This document shows positions 61,701 through 64,000 of a DNA stretch of 64,000 nt, piece after piece (positions within the stretch are counted from its first letter, which is position 1; every line of letters begins with the position of its first letter). The stretch covers positions 6,693,887-6,757,886 of the forward strand of contig JAHRHZ010000038.1 of the NCBI GenBank assembly GCA_024137785.1, given 5' to 3'. Both the position numbers and the translations under genes were made by a program. Origin of the DNA: Ginglymostoma cirratum (lineage: Eukaryota). A model generated the notes under the pieces. The model was not told where the DNA came from. It saw nothing but the letters and a program-made list of their open reading frames with translations, and did no database searches.

Positions 61701-64000
61701 ATAGATCACTATGAGCTTCCGCTTAGAACATGAAATATTCCGTATATTAGTATATAATACAATAGCATTCCCAACATTTGAATCAGTTTATGGTAAAATA
61801 TACTTCCATATACAGTAATCACGAACATATTAGCAATGTTGGTAAAGGAATTGCAATTTTCAGAAAAAAGGTGTGAAAATATTATTTAAATGTTTGTCTC
61901 AGCAAAAGTCTTAAGTTATGCAGTTGACTAGATAAAACAGAAGGCCCACAACCACTCAAGACCACCAGTTAACTAGTGGTGCATGACTTCTTTGAGTTTG
62001 TTATTTTGTATTGTCGTAGCTCATTAAGGAATCCCCAATAGTTTGTACAAATTTTCCACATTGTTTTGCATGGGGTTAGACAATGAGCTCATGAACCTAG
62101 TACCTTTCCTTCTACATCTCTGACCCCTGGCTTCTTCTGGAGGTTGCTGTACACCTCTTAATACTTCTGCTAGTTTTCTGGTTGCGTGCAGCATGATGTG
62201 AATGTTTTTGGTTCTTTGTGCCCACCCAGTCTTACTTTAAGTAAGTCACTGGAATGATGAGGGAAACCAACCAGCTGGACCAACTTTTGACAGCTGGCCA
62301 CCAAGAAGTGACAGTTTCATTTGAATCAACTCTCCCAGGCCTTGCAAACAGAAGGAACACATTCTGTTTTGGAGATGAACACTACAGAAGCTGATCAGGT
62401 GATTAGCAATAAAAAATTTAACAGGGATTCGTATGTGCATATTTCTGTCATTTTTATGAGGTCATTTACTCAAGTAGACACTGAAAGCCTCAGTAAATCC
62501 TCCTGGGCTTACAGTATTTTTTTACACCCAATCTTGTGGGGATATGATAGGCCATATTTTAGCCATACAGTAGTGAAAGCTTATCCCCCAACCCCTCCAA
62601 TTGTTCTACTGTAATGGAGTGTAGACTATGTATGTCAAAATGGTTAGCTTCAGAACTTAAACTCTCAGTAACAGAATTGTAGTTTGTATTTAGTCTTTTA
62701 TTTTCTCTTCTAAATTGTGCTTCAATAAATGTACTAATTTGGGTACATTCACAAAAGTTTTCTTGAAATGCTAATGCTTAGTTTGAATTATAACTTCTCT
62801 TCCAAATGCAAACCGTTAAAGTCACATGGATGACATATGCATGGTTCTTTCCTTTTAAAACAGGTGATTGGCTGTCATTCTTGTATAAAGTCTGATTCTG
62901 GAGTATCAAATTAATGTGGCCTCTTTCACATTGTAATTCCTTAGAACTGGATGTTCTATGGCTAGCTTTTGTCTTGACTTCATTTACCATATAGCAATGG
63001 GTATTTAATGTGTGCTATTCGAAATTGCCTCTTGAGATATCTCAGCAGTCTAGTTTCAGTCAACAACTGCAGCTGGAACTTTGAGTTAGCAAAAAACATA
63101 ACTGAGAAGGTTACATCAAAATCACTTTTAAGACTAGACGTATTACATTTCTGCAGAAATGCTGGATACTGATGCTTTTCCTTAAATTGTTTGTTTTCAC
63201 AATCAGTTGATCTATAATAATTCATTGTGCTAGCAAACTATGGATATTTAATAAGTGTTTCCAGTCATCTCAATTGAGAAAGGGACTCAAACATAGATAC
63301 GAGTGAGCTTCGTTTAGTATCATTCCCACTAGGTTCCAATTGCTGTGGTTCCTACCAGGTTTTTTAACATTCTCTTTTCACCAAACAATACAGATGGTTT
63401 CAACATTATGAAGATGTTTCAACTGTCAGTGAGTAACCTCATGTGCCATCACCATGCTTGGGGTTTGAGGCCTTTTTTAATTAACAAACTTCTTTTCTCT
63501 TTCTCACTTGATGATCTAAGCAACTGATGATTCTGGAACGAATTGATGATTTTGTCAGTTTGCCAGTACTGAATGTGTCTATAAAGCTCTTTGATGTCTT
63601 CACATAATGATTAATTGGTTGCACCCATGTGATTTGTTGAATTTGAATCTATACCATTCTACTTTGGCCAACTGATTTCTCAAATCTCTGTGTAATGTTC
63701 TGTATTTGCTTTTAATTGCTTCCACTTTCGTGTAGGTGTAGGTCAATACCTTCACTGACAATCATTGAAAGAAGCATTGCCAGACTTAACCCTTTCTTTG
63801 AAACAATTGTAGCTGTCTCCAAATTCACTACCTTTACTCAATGTTCTCTAATTGGGAACACTTGTTATTCAAGCAAAGGTAATCTTTATGTCTCAATCTT
63901 TAAGTAATGTACATTCTCAGAAACTTTGGTCAGCAGCTTTCTTGAGCACTTTTTGTAGCGTCTACTTCTTTATTTTCTAACAGTAGCAACTTTTTTTTAT

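Noticed and set aside
554-63907. The many 60-170 aa ORFs in the supplied track as host genes
   Set aside because: They show no recognisable host domains, many start at non-ATG codons, and those with motifs are LINE or PLE remnants. This is the expected background for six-frame translation.

Overview
Vertebrate genomic DNA, AT-rich and CpG-depleted, almost certainly from a shark or ray because it carries three HE1 SINEs, a family described from elasmobranchs. No host protein-coding gene is recognisable. Nearly all of the supplied ORFs are chance frames or decayed retroelement pieces. The window looks like part of a very large intron or an intergenic region. It contains CR1, L2 and RTE LINE fragments and tRNA-derived SINEs (HE1, Deu-domain and probable Meta-domain types). 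It also contains about 12 Penelope-like (PLE) insertions, including one near-full-length decayed RT plus GIY-YIG element. The strongest signal is that the PLE terminal repeats carry minimal hammerhead-ribozyme motifs (CTGAnGA-stem II-GAAACG-TH), and stem II covaries across three subfamilies. Several short, ORF-less copies are fold-back palindromes and/or have clear 9-16 bp target-site duplications (TSDs). Four small + strand segments with strong splice signals may be exons of an unidentified host transcript. All family names come from recalled motifs, not from database searches, and boundaries are approximate unless a TSD fixes them.
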